From an uncultured virus (IMG/VR IMGVR_UViG_3300027708_001828) (taxonomy: Duplodnaviria; Heunggongvirae; Uroviricota; Caudoviricetes), in the IMG/VR virus record IMGVR_UViG_3300027708_001828: 64,000 nt of DNA; one strand, given 5' to 3'. Below are positions 49,308 through 56,983 of this stretch, in pieces. The position numbers were made by a program, and so were the translations under genes. Every line of letters starts with the position of its first letter. Within the stretch, counting starts at the first letter, position 1. The notes below the pieces were generated by a model. That model had not been told where the DNA came from, ran no database searches, and saw only the letters and a list, made by a program, of their open reading frames with translations.

Positions 49308-50111
49308 TTAAAAATGCAAACATTTAATCTTCTCAGCTAGATCTTTGGCTATTAGATCGTGTCCGGATTGCGTAAAATGCCATTGGGGCAAGTAGTCAGC
49401 ATTTGTTATTTCTTCCAAAGATTTAGCAGTTAGTTTAAAGTCATAAAACTCTTTTAACAACTGCTGTTGGATATCATTTAACAAGATTGGATCTTTTTCA
49501 TTCACTATTAGATCGACCTCTTGCCCTTTTAGGTGCGGTTCTTCCAAAGGTTGATTTAACTTAGTAGGCGAGATACGTAACAGATAACAGGGTATATTTT
49601 TAGAACGAAGTAGTCTTACAGCATATAGCACAGACACATAGTCTTCAACCATCGTAAGCGATTCGTTAAAAAATTCAAGAAAGAATTCTTGCATGATATT
49701 GTTTTGTCTACTATTTAAAAAATGAGTCGGCCAGTTTGGTTGTAGAACTGCACTGTTTACTAGGTTATTTGAATAATTCACTAGTAGTCGATTATGAGTA
49801 GTCATTTGAATCACTGCTACAGTATCATCGTAGTGGTTTTCAGGAAATTTTAAAATAGCTCGCATAGCTATTTCTTTATTGGAAATACCTCGTAGGGCAA
49901 TATTTTCAATCTCTGCATTGAGTAGATTGCCTACCAATGATGGGTAACAATATTGTTTATTATATTCGTTTATTTGTTCATCGGATGCAGACCTAGTAGC
50001 TTTACCAGCTTGAAACACATTCATAGCGGTGTATTGGGGGACGAATTTTTCTTCCCATAGCTCTGTACCAGCGGTAATACTGCATCCTGCGAAAACGATT
50101 TTTTTAATCAT
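49308..50111 (-). CDS. SGNH-hydrolase-like hypothetical protein
   Basis: GCSITAG, GISN, HF...GH. Confidence 0.55.
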   Translation of the reverse strand: MIKKIVFAGCSITAGTELWEEKFVPQYTAMNVFQAGKATRSASDEQINEYNKQYCYPSLVGNLLNAEIENIALRGISNKEIAMRAILKFPENHYDDTVAVIQMTTHNRLLVNYSNNLVNSAVLQPNWPTHFLNSRQNNIMQEFFLEFFNESLTMVEDYVSVLYAVRLLRSKNIPCYLLRISPTKLNQPLEEPHLKGQEVDLIVNEKDPILLNDIQQQLLKEFYDFKLTAKSLEEITNADYLPQWHFTQSGHDLIAKDLAEKIKCLHF

Positions 50112-50138
50112 AGTAAAATATTTATTATAATTTTTTAC

Positions 50139-50214
50139 AGTAGAGTAGCATAGCGGCTAATGCACCACCTTCATACGGTGTTTATCGTGGGTTCGAGTCC
50201 CACCTCTACTACCA
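50139..50214 (+). tRNA. tRNA-CAT (elongator Met or Ile2)
   Basis: Cloverleaf, CCA; identity not resolvable by eye. Confidence 0.85.
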
Positions 50215-50218
50215 AATT

Positions 50219-50294
50219 GGAAGTTTAGCTCAGCTGGTAGAGCGTCTGCCTTACACGCAGAATGTCGGCGGTTCGATCCCGTCAACTTCCACCA
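50219..50294 (+). tRNA. tRNA-Val(TAC)
   Basis: Cloverleaf, CCA. Confidence 0.95.
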
Positions 50295-50300
50295 AACTGT

Positions 50301-50374
50301 TGGGGGTTAGTTAAATGGTATAACCGCGGATTTTGATTCCGCTATTAAAGGTTCGATTCCTTTACCCTCTGCCA
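50301..50374 (+). tRNA. tRNA-Gln(TTG)
   Basis: Cloverleaf, CCA. Confidence 0.9.
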
Positions 50375-50380
50375 ATCAAT

Positions 50381-50456
50381 GGTGTCTTTAGTGTAGTGGC
50401 CTGCACCCTGCTCTGTGAAAGCGGTAGTACCGGATCGATACCGGTAAGGCACCCCA
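50381..50456 (+). tRNA. tRNA-His(GTG)
   Basis: G-1/C73, CCA; atypical ATCGA T loop. Confidence 0.85.
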
Positions 50457-50461
50457 AACAT

Positions 50462-50537
50462 GCTACTTTAGCTGATGTGGTCATAGCGGCGGTCTGAAGA
50501 ACCGTTGAACCAGGTTCGATTCCTGGAGGTAGCACCA
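50462..50537 (+). tRNA. tRNA-Phe(GAA)
   Basis: Cloverleaf, CCA. Confidence 0.9.
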
Positions 50538-50540
50538 AGT

Positions 50541-51044
50541 TTTGTAAGTGTTAGCAAGAGAAAGTCACGCTGTCTAGGTTTCTTCGAAGGACCGAAACAG
50601 TAGAAGGTGATGGGTTCGACACCCACTAGGTCCATTGAGGCGACTAAACTGGACAAGTATTCCAAGTAACTTATCCTGACCCTGCCGGCTCAATTACAAG
50701 GGAAAATGGTTGCGATGAGAGGGACGCAACAACTTACAAATTCAACAGACCCCCGCTTTGTCAGGTTGTGCGGTAAACAATCTGACACTTACTAAGTAAT
50801 TGTATTAGTAAAAGATTTAAGGTGTGATAGTGTTTCGCAAGAACTTTGAGGATGCCGGAAGCGTTCAAAGAGGATAGTTATAGACTATAACACTGATTGG
50901 CAGATAGAGTTGGGTATTGTTTTCAGCATTGACCCAACAGTCGATCACGCATTCCATGTTAGGCGAGACCAAAAGAGCAGATCTGAAAAGTCTGGGTCGC
51001 CACTGCTAACGCAAAACCAAAACTCTGTGAATCTTTTACTAATA
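50541..51044 (+). ncRNA. Large structured non-coding region (two stem-closed domains)
   Basis: Closing stems 50541/50740 and 50803/51044; many internal hairpins. Confidence 0.55.
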
Positions 51045-51051
51045 TCTTTAT

Positions 51052-51127
51052 GCGGGCGTAGCTCAGTTGGTAGAGCATTACCTTGCCAAGGTAAATGTCG
51101 AGAGTTCGAACCTCTTCGCCCGCTCCA
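51052..51127 (+). tRNA. tRNA-Gly(GCC)
   Basis: Cloverleaf, CCA. Confidence 0.95.
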
Positions 51128-51181
51128 AATTATGGCTCCTAGACTTGTTCACATAGTGTCCCCTGGGAGTTTTTCTTTTAT

Positions 51182-51271
51182 GCCCGGGTGGCGAAATTGG
51201 TAGACGCACTTCTCTCAAAAGGAAGAAGGAAAAACACCTAGTTGTGAGTTCGAATCTCATCCCGGGCACCA
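51182..51271 (+). tRNA. tRNA-Leu(CAA)
   Basis: Cloverleaf, long variable arm. Confidence 0.9.
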
Positions 51272-51273
51272 AT

Positions 51274-51365
51274 GCCAGCGAGACTTGACAGTCAGAGAGG
51301 TTTTATAAACCTTTTAGCGCCAGATTAGCGTTCTTGAGAGGGTTTGATTCCCTCCGCTGGTACCA
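51274..51365 (+). tRNA. Atypical tRNA with TAT anticodon (Ile?)
   Basis: 7-bp acceptor, tiny D arm, long variable arm, TTTGA T loop, CCA. Confidence 0.7.
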
Positions 51366-51366
51366 C

Positions 51367-51440
51367 GCTCTTATAATTTAATGGTAGAATGCCTCCTTGG
51401 TATGGAGGCAATGATGGTTCGATTCCCTCTAAGAGCACCA
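51367..51440 (+). tRNA. tRNA-Thr(GGT)
   Basis: Cloverleaf, CCA. Confidence 0.88.
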
Positions 51441-51445
51441 AACAC

Positions 51446-51520
51446 CTGGCTATAGTACAATGGATAGTACAATGAGCTTCTACCTCATGAATGTGGGTTC
51501 GATTCCTGCTAGCCGGACCA
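51446..51520 (+). tRNA. tRNA-Arg(TCT)
   Basis: Cloverleaf, CCA. Confidence 0.9.
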
Positions 51521-51528
51521 ATCAATAT

Positions 51529-51603
51529 CGGCCATTGGTGAAATGGATATCATCTCTGTCTTCGAAACAGAGGGTGTGGGTTCGATTCCTGCATGGCCGG
51601 CCA
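51529..51603 (+). tRNA. tRNA-Arg(TCG)
   Basis: Cloverleaf, CCA. Confidence 0.9.
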
Positions 51604-51632
51604 CGATAAGTCAAATATATTTCACAAAGATG

Positions 51633-51661
51633 TTGACACACAGCATCAGATGTTGTATAAT
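51633..51661 (+). promoter_or_regulatory. Internal sigma70 promoter for second half of tRNA array
   Basis: TTGACA-17-TATAAT. Confidence 0.85.
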
Positions 51662-51714
51662 AGTTGTATACTAGGCAACTGGTACAATAGTTCTTTAAAA
51701 AATTAAAAGCAAAT

Positions 51715-51797
51715 GCCCCGATGGTGGAATTGGTAGACACGCTGGTCTTAGAAGCCAGTGCGCAAGCGTCCGAGTTCGAGTCTCGGTTGGGGCACCA
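51715..51797 (+). tRNA. tRNA-Leu(TAG)
   Basis: Cloverleaf, CCA. Confidence 0.93.
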
Positions 51798-51987
51798 TAT
51801 AAATGCTTTCTGAGTAGCTACAGTGGAACACCGAAATACCGGTCAATGTCGACCATGTACCGGGACCGGCCATGAAGAGTGGGGCTACCGTGGATTCAAG
51901 CGCCACAGAGAGCACCTATATGATCGAGTCTTGGACACGCAGACTTTAAAACGAGGTGGAAGTAGGTGGAAGCCCTACACCTAATAT

Positions 51988-52061
51988 CGCGGGATAGAGT
52001 AACGGTAATTCAGAAGTCTCATAAGCTTCAGATCTTGGTTCGATTCCAGGTCCCGCTACCA
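51988..52061 (+). tRNA. tRNA-Met(CAT), initiator-like
   Basis: CGCGGG start with 1-72 mismatch; lacks the three G-C anticodon-stem pairs. Confidence 0.82.
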
Positions 52062-52067
52062 AATAGA

Positions 52068-52157
52068 GGAAATGTGGCAGAGTCCGGTTTATTGCAACAG
52101 TCTTGAAAACTGTCGAGTCGAAAGGCTCCGTGAGTTCGAATCTCACCGTTTCCGCCA
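52068..52157 (+). tRNA. tRNA-Ser(TGA)
   Basis: Cloverleaf, long variable arm. Confidence 0.93.
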
Positions 52158-52163
52158 AGTTGA

Positions 52164-52237
52164 GTCTCATTAGTATAATGGCAGTATAGCGGTCTCCAAA
52201 ACCGTTGGTCGGGGTTCGAGTCCCTGGTGGGACGCCA
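52164..52237 (+). tRNA. tRNA-Trp(CCA)
   Basis: Cloverleaf, CCA. Confidence 0.9.
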
Positions 52238-52247
52238 AATGTCAATT

Positions 52248-52331
52248 GCGAGAGTGGAGAAATGGTATACTCAAGAGACTTAAAATCTCTCGTCGAAAGG
52301 CATGCGGGTTCGAGTCCCGCTTCTCGCACCA
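52248..52331 (+). tRNA. tRNA-Leu(TAA)
   Basis: Cloverleaf, CCA. Confidence 0.92.
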
Positions 52332-52350
52332 TTCATAAAGGAGATGTAGT

Positions 52351-52494
52351 ATGTCAAAAAGAGAAGATGTTCTAAACAAGGCATACGGCAACGTGCCTCG
52401 TGAAATTGGATTTAGCATAGTATGGGATTTCCTGCCAACTTGGCGCGGTGTGCGATACTACTGGCATAAATTAATACGTAAGATAACAAGATAA
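52351..52494 (+). CDS. Small hypothetical protein (47 aa)
   Basis: MSKREDVLNKAYGNVPREIG...; AGGAG RBS. Confidence 0.55.
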   Translation: MSKREDVLNKAYGNVPREIGFSIVWDFLPTWRGVRYYWHKLIRKITR

Positions 52495-52500
52495 GCAAAA

Positions 52501-52588
52501 GGATAGTTGGCCGAGTGGTTAAGGCAACGGTTTGCTAAACCGTCGTTCCGAAAGGGGCGCATAGGTTCGAATCCTATACTATCCGCCA
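52501..52588 (+). tRNA. tRNA-Ser(GCT)
   Basis: Cloverleaf, long variable arm. Confidence 0.93.
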
Positions 52589-52635
52589 GTACATAGGAGA
52601 TATACTCTCCGCCATTTTTTAAAAAGAGAAAAACT

Positions 52636-52857
52636 ATGATGAAACCAGGCAAGACGTTCAATTTGAACAAACAAACCAAACGCTTTATGGCCACGTTTGT
52701 GAACGCAGAAGATCGTAATCATTTCAAACGCATGATGATCGATGCACAACTGTGCAGTGAAGTTGTTATCAAGAGTGCACCGCGTGACAAGAATGCACCG
52801 CGTGGTACTGCCAACTATCAAACTAACGATACAGGTACAGCAAGTACCGCAGTATAA
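52636..52857 (+). CDS. Hypothetical protein
   Basis: 73-aa ORF, coding-like codon use. Confidence 0.7.
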   Translation: MMKPGKTFNLNKQTKRFMATFVNAEDRNHFKRMMIDAQLCSEVVIKSAPRDKNAPRGTANYQTNDTGTASTAV

Positions 52858-52866
52858 AAGCATTAT

Positions 52867-52942
52867 TCCGCAGTAGCTCAGTCGGTAGAGTAGATGACTG
52901 TTAATCATTTGGTCGGTGGTTCGAGCCCACCCTGTGGAGCCA
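52867..52942 (+). tRNA. tRNA-Asn(GTT)
   Basis: Cloverleaf, CCA. Confidence 0.93.
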
Positions 52943-52947
52943 GGATT

Positions 52948-53023
52948 GGGGGATTAGCTCATTTGGGAGAGCACCTGCTTTGCAAGCAGGGGGTGGTCGG
53001 TTCGATCCCGACATCCTCCACCA
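52948..53023 (+). tRNA. tRNA-Ala(TGC)
   Basis: Cloverleaf, G3-U70, CCA. Confidence 0.95.
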
Positions 53024-53075
53024 AGATCACCATTACACACGGTGTACAATAGGATAAGTAGTGTGTAACAAATTT

Positions 53076-53151
53076 GCCGGTTTAGCTCATTTGGTAGAGC
53101 GCCGCTCTTGTAAGGCGGATGTGGTCAGTTCGATTCCGACAACCGGCACCA
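53076..53151 (+). tRNA. tRNA-Thr(TGT)
   Basis: Cloverleaf, CCA. Confidence 0.92.
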
Positions 53152-53541
53152 AGTTTAAACATATTGAAATCTGTAAAAAGATCAGGTTTGGTATCCCAGT
53201 CACTATGATAGGCATAGCCCATATACTCAATACACCACAATATGTTTATTCGTTTCCCGGGACTACTGGCCGTAACCCAAGTAGCGTAATTACAGTAACG
53301 ATAACTGTACGGTGCATTGGATCTACCGCAAGGCCCGCTATATGGGCGACTTGAGAAATCACAAAGGCAGAGCACTAACTGTCTATATGGAAACATGCGG
53401 TACGGACACCAAGCCTAGTCTAGGGCATTCGGGAGAGTGTAACTAGACACTTTAATCAAACACACTTAGCCTAGCTATAAGCTAGGTTGCAAGGACCACA
53501 CACCATCTTAGAAAAAAGTGTTAAGTGTGTTTGATTAAAGT

Positions 53542-53615
53542 GCGGGATTAGTTTAATGGTAAAACAGCAGATTTCCAATCTTCGGTCAAGAGTTCGATTC
53601 TCTTATCCCGCTCCA
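53542..53615 (+). tRNA. tRNA-Gly(TCC)
   Basis: Cloverleaf, CCA. Confidence 0.9.
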
Positions 53616-53635
53616 ATTTTTAAAAAGGAAAACAA

Positions 53636-53896
53636 ATGAAAGCAAGTCATATTTTGGTAGCCACACGTGAACAAGCTGATGCAATCTTGGCTGAAGCAAC
53701 TGCATTGAATTTTGGATCACTTGCACAGCAGTACAGCTCATGCCCCAGTAAAGCACGTGGTGGCGACTTGGGCGATTTCGGCCCAGGTCAAATGGTCAAG
53801 CCGTTTGAAGATGCTACTGTGGCAACAGCAGTTGGTGCTATTAGCCAGCCAGTGCAAACACAATTTGGTTTTCACTTGATCCATCGCACTGGATGA
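53636..53896 (+). CDS. ppiC: Parvulin-type peptidyl-prolyl isomerase
   Basis: ASHILV, SSCPS..RGGDLG, MVKPFE, TQFGFHLI. Confidence 0.93.
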   Translation: MKASHILVATREQADAILAEATALNFGSLAQQYSSCPSKARGGDLGDFGPGQMVKPFEDATVATAVGAISQPVQTQFGFHLIHRTG

Positions 53897-54453
53897 TAAT
53901 AGATTCAAACGATCTTTGCCGCAAGTATGATTACAGTAGTTTGATCTCAGCTACCGAAAACGACACAGCCATAGGCATTATCAAAAGTATAATCGAAAGC
54001 GGCAACTACTTTAAAAACTCGCCTCCGTTTCAAACACAGGAAAATTTGTTTGGCAGATCCGAGGCAGTTTGGTTGAAATATCGTATGACATTTTTGACCA
54101 GTGTGTTTTTATATTTGGGACACGAAGCCAGAGTCAGCAACATGATGGCTTGGAGTTTTATGACCAATTTGAGCACAGTAGAAGATCGTGACAAATATTG
54201 GCATCATCATGACAAACATTCGGGCAAAAGCCTAAGCGGAATCATGTACTTGCACATCCCCGACGATGTGAAGGATTTTGACACATGTGGCACCGAACTG
54301 GCACCCAATGGGCCAGAGTCTCCTGGCAAATTTTTTGTACGACCCAGTTACTGCTCGTGGATTATCTATCCCAGCAACATTTGGCATAGACCAGGTATTG
54401 TGCAAAGTGACAAATATCGATTTATTTTAGCCGCAGACGTTGACTACGAGTAA
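53893..54453 (+). CDS. 2OG-Fe(II) oxygenase-like protein
   Basis: WHHH, LSGIMYL, YPS.IWH, R. Confidence 0.6.
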   Translation: MIIDSNDLCRKYDYSSLISATENDTAIGIIKSIIESGNYFKNSPPFQTQENLFGRSEAVWLKYRMTFLTSVFLYLGHEARVSNMMAWSFMTNLSTVEDRDKYWHHHDKHSGKSLSGIMYLHIPDDVKDFDTCGTELAPNGPESPGKFFVRPSYCSWIIYPSNIWHRPGIVQSDKYRFILAADVDYE

Positions 54454-54489
54454 AATAGATGTTATAATAACGTTTTAACGGAGATATCA

Positions 54490-54723
54490 ATGCGAAATAC
54501 AACACTTAGCCGTGGTCCAGAAATTGACAGAGAACTGTGCTGTAGCAAAATGGGGACTGGTATGTATGATCTTGTTCTGGCAGCCACAGCTCGAGCAAGA
54601 GAGATCCGTCGTCAGCATAGAAGCAGTGAGTCATATGAGCATATCTATCCAATAGTAACTGCTATACTGGAAATCCAACAAGGCAAGATTGATCCAAAAG
54701 AGTATCTCAAACGAGTACGTTAA
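54490..54723 (+). CDS. rpoZ: RNA polymerase omega subunit-like protein
   Basis: YDLVLAATARAREI...IVTAILEIQQGKI. Confidence 0.75.
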   Translation: MRNTTLSRGPEIDRELCCSKMGTGMYDLVLAATARAREIRRQHRSSESYEHIYPIVTAILEIQQGKIDPKEYLKRVR

Positions 54724-54728
54724 TTCGT

Positions 54729-54806
54729 GCAACGGTGGCAGAGCGGCCCAATGCACCGGATTGCAAATCCGTAAAACCGGGGGTTCAAATCCCTCCCGTT
54801 GCTCCA
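54729..54806 (+). tRNA. tRNA-Cys(GCA)
   Basis: Cloverleaf, U73, CCA. Confidence 0.9.
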
Positions 54807-54816
54807 TAAATAACAC

Positions 54817-54845
54817 TTGACATCTATGGTAATAGGTGTTATAAT
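54817..54845 (+). promoter_or_regulatory. sigma70-type promoter
   Basis: TTGACA-17-TATAAT. Confidence 0.8.
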
Positions 54846-54872
54846 TTTATTTTAAGAAATCAAGGAGCAGAA

Positions 54873-55115
54873 ATGCGCGAATACGAAAGCATCCAAGGCG
54901 ACAATTTAGAGGAAGCGGATCAAGCACAGCTATTGTCTACTGCTCTAAGTGCAGACGCTGTGGCCAAGATCAGAGCCAGTATCCCTACTGGGCCCAGTTT
55001 GAGTCATTGCAACGAATGCGGAGAAGAAATTCCGCTTGCTAGGCAACGAGCATTGCGTGGATGCATGACCTGTATCGATTGTCAAACACTTAGCGAAAGA
55101 AAGAAGTTAGGATAA
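54873..55115 (+). CDS. DksA/TraR C4 zinc-finger protein
   Basis: EEADQA; CNECGEEIP.AR...CIDCQ. Confidence 0.9.
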   Translation: MREYESIQGDNLEEADQAQLLSTALSADAVAKIRASIPTGPSLSHCNECGEEIPLARQRALRGCMTCIDCQTLSERKKLG

Positions 55116-55282
55116 TGAAAATCCAATTTACAAAAGAAACTATGCCCGACGAACTGTACAATACGCTCCTACAGCACTTTGTAAACGAAGCAGTTGGACT
55201 AGGGGTAGAAGTAAACAAGTTTACCCAGTTTGATAATTGGGTAATTGAATGTACCGTGGATGCAAAAGAATCGGTGCATTAA
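55115..55282 (+). CDS. Small hypothetical protein (55 aa)
   Basis: TAATG overlaps at both ends. Confidence 0.6.
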   Translation: MKIQFTKETMPDELYNTLLQHFVNEAVGLGVEVNKFTQFDNWVIECTVDAKESVH

Positions 55283-55743
55283 TGCCCAAGTGTTATCAAT
55301 TAATCGGAGTTCCCTGCGCAGGAAAAAGTACTTGGACTAAGAGCCAGCAATGGATCTTAGGTATGGAGTATGTAAGTACTGACCATCATGTAGAAGTCTA
55401 TGCTGAACAGCAAGGTAAGACTTATTCAGAAGTGTTTAAGGATTACATGCCTAGAGCAGTTGAACTAATGGCACAAGAAGTCGTAGATGCTAGAACAGCA
55501 GGACGTGATGTGATTTGGGATCAAACTAGTACTACAGTTGCTAGCCGTGCTAGGAAGTTTAATATGCTTCCTGACTATTGGCACATCGCTGTGGTGTTTC
55601 CGACTCCTGAAATCGCAGTATTGAAAGAACGTTTGGCTAGCCGTCCAGGCAAAGAAGTTCCTTGGGAAGTTGTACAAGGAATGATCGATAATTTTGAATA
55701 CCCTACTAACGAAGAGGGTTTCAAAGAAATTTGGAGGGTATAA
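55282..55743 (+). CDS. P-loop kinase (AAA_33/PNK-like)
   Basis: GVPCAGKST, DQT, R...R lid. Confidence 0.8.
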   Translation: MPKCYQLIGVPCAGKSTWTKSQQWILGMEYVSTDHHVEVYAEQQGKTYSEVFKDYMPRAVELMAQEVVDARTAGRDVIWDQTSTTVASRARKFNMLPDYWHIAVVFPTPEIAVLKERLASRPGKEVPWEVVQGMIDNFEYPTNEEGFKEIWRV

Positions 55744-56210
55744 TGCCTTGGATTGAAAACGTAGCCGCAAGTGATATCCCAATTGGATTCCATCACGATG
55801 CTGGCCCTAATAGTATGCTGATCAGTATAGTTGATCCTGCAAGCTGGCGACCTGAAGCCAAACACCAATTCAAAGAGCGCCACAACTTTGAGTTTTTGGA
55901 TGTGGAAGAAAAGGATTCGGTACTGGAAGAATCAATGAAGTGCAGTCATGAGCAGGCCGCAGAGCTTGTTCGTTTGCTACAACACGCATTGGACAACCGT
56001 ATGAATGTAGTGGTCCATTGCTTTGCAGGCATTTGCCGTTCGGGCGCAGTTTGCGAAGTAGGGATTATGATGGGATTTGACGACACAGAACGCTTTCGTA
56101 GTCCAAATCTTTTGGTTAAGCATCGTATGATGAAGCAGTTGGGTTGGACCTACGATGAAAACGAAAAGCCCAATATCGACGACTGGCGTACTTTTAGATC
56201 GGTTGACTAA
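55743..56210 (+). CDS. Cys-based (tyrosine/dual-specificity) phosphatase
   Basis: VHCFAGICRS. Confidence 0.85.
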   Translation: MPWIENVAASDIPIGFHHDAGPNSMLISIVDPASWRPEAKHQFKERHNFEFLDVEEKDSVLEESMKCSHEQAAELVRLLQHALDNRMNVVVHCFAGICRSGAVCEVGIMMGFDDTERFRSPNLLVKHRMMKQLGWTYDENEKPNIDDWRTFRSVD

Positions 56211-56260
56211 TTGGCAAATTGAGTGTATAATAATATATTAAACAATGAAAGGAGGGCAAG

Positions 56261-56866
56261 ATGCCTAGTGTTTTTCTAGTAAGTGATACGCACTTTGGAC
56301 ACAAAGGCGTATGCCACTTTACACGTAACGATGGTGTTACAAAACTTCGCCCATGGGACTCGCCCGAGGAAATGGACGAAGCAATGGTCAAGGCGTGGAA
56401 CGAACGGGTAAAGCCCACAGACAAAGTCTACCATTTGGGCGACGTTGTTATCAATCGTAGAGCGTTGGATATCATGCATAGACTTAACGGCGACAAAGTG
56501 CTGATTCGTGGTAATCACGATATCTTTAAAGACACAGACTATCGTGAACACTTTAGAGAACTTAGAGCTTATCACGTTATGGATGGTATGATCCTTAGCC
56601 ATATTCCGTTACACTCAGATTCAATGGGTCGTTTTGGTGTTAACATTCACGGTCACACTCACGCAAATCGTGTGAAAAAAGCTCGTGGGGTTGATGCTAG
56701 AACTGGGGAAGTTCTGTACAGCGAAGAGAACGATGTGCGCTACCATTGTGTATGCGTGGAACAAACCCCAGACTTCGCTCCAATTCTGTTTGAAGATGTC
56801 ATAAAGAACATCGAAGCAGAAGGCGGGAGTGTAGGATTCCGCAACGGAAACGGTCCTACTATGTAA
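56261..56866 (+). CDS. Calcineurin-like metallophosphoesterase
   Basis: SDTHFGH, LGD, GNHD, HGHTH. Confidence 0.88.
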   Translation: MPSVFLVSDTHFGHKGVCHFTRNDGVTKLRPWDSPEEMDEAMVKAWNERVKPTDKVYHLGDVVINRRALDIMHRLNGDKVLIRGNHDIFKDTDYREHFRELRAYHVMDGMILSHIPLHSDSMGRFGVNIHGHTHANRVKKARGVDARTGEVLYSEENDVRYHCVCVEQTPDFAPILFEDVIKNIEAEGGSVGFRNGNGPTM

Positions 56867-56881
56867 TATAGTAGCACTTTA

Positions 56882-56907
56882 ATAGGGCCTTCGGGCCCTA
56901 TTTTTTT
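56882..56907 (+). terminator. Intrinsic terminator
   Basis: atagggcc-ttcg-ggccctat-T run. Confidence 0.88.
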
Positions 56908-56983
56908 GGCTCTACGTTATGCTCATTTTAATAAATACAGTATAATAATCATCAACCAGATGACAGCATAACGGAGATAGCAC

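Noticed and set aside
50803..51044. RNase P RNA
   Set aside because: The conserved GAGGAAAGUCC and 3' P4 signatures are absent.
51274..51365. Ochre (TTA) suppressor tRNA / alternative genetic code
   Set aside because: The 7-nt loop centres on TAT, and conserved genes terminate normally at TAA, TAG and TGA.
48105..53396. ORF-track entries overlapping tRNAs (e.g. 48105..48383, 50910..51203, 51946..52332, 53061..53354)
   Set aside because: Spurious frames across structured RNA genes, with no RBS.
46240..53540. CRISPR array or mini-array in the tRNA region
   Set aside because: The repeats are inverted, non-identical and irregularly spaced; no cas genes in the window.
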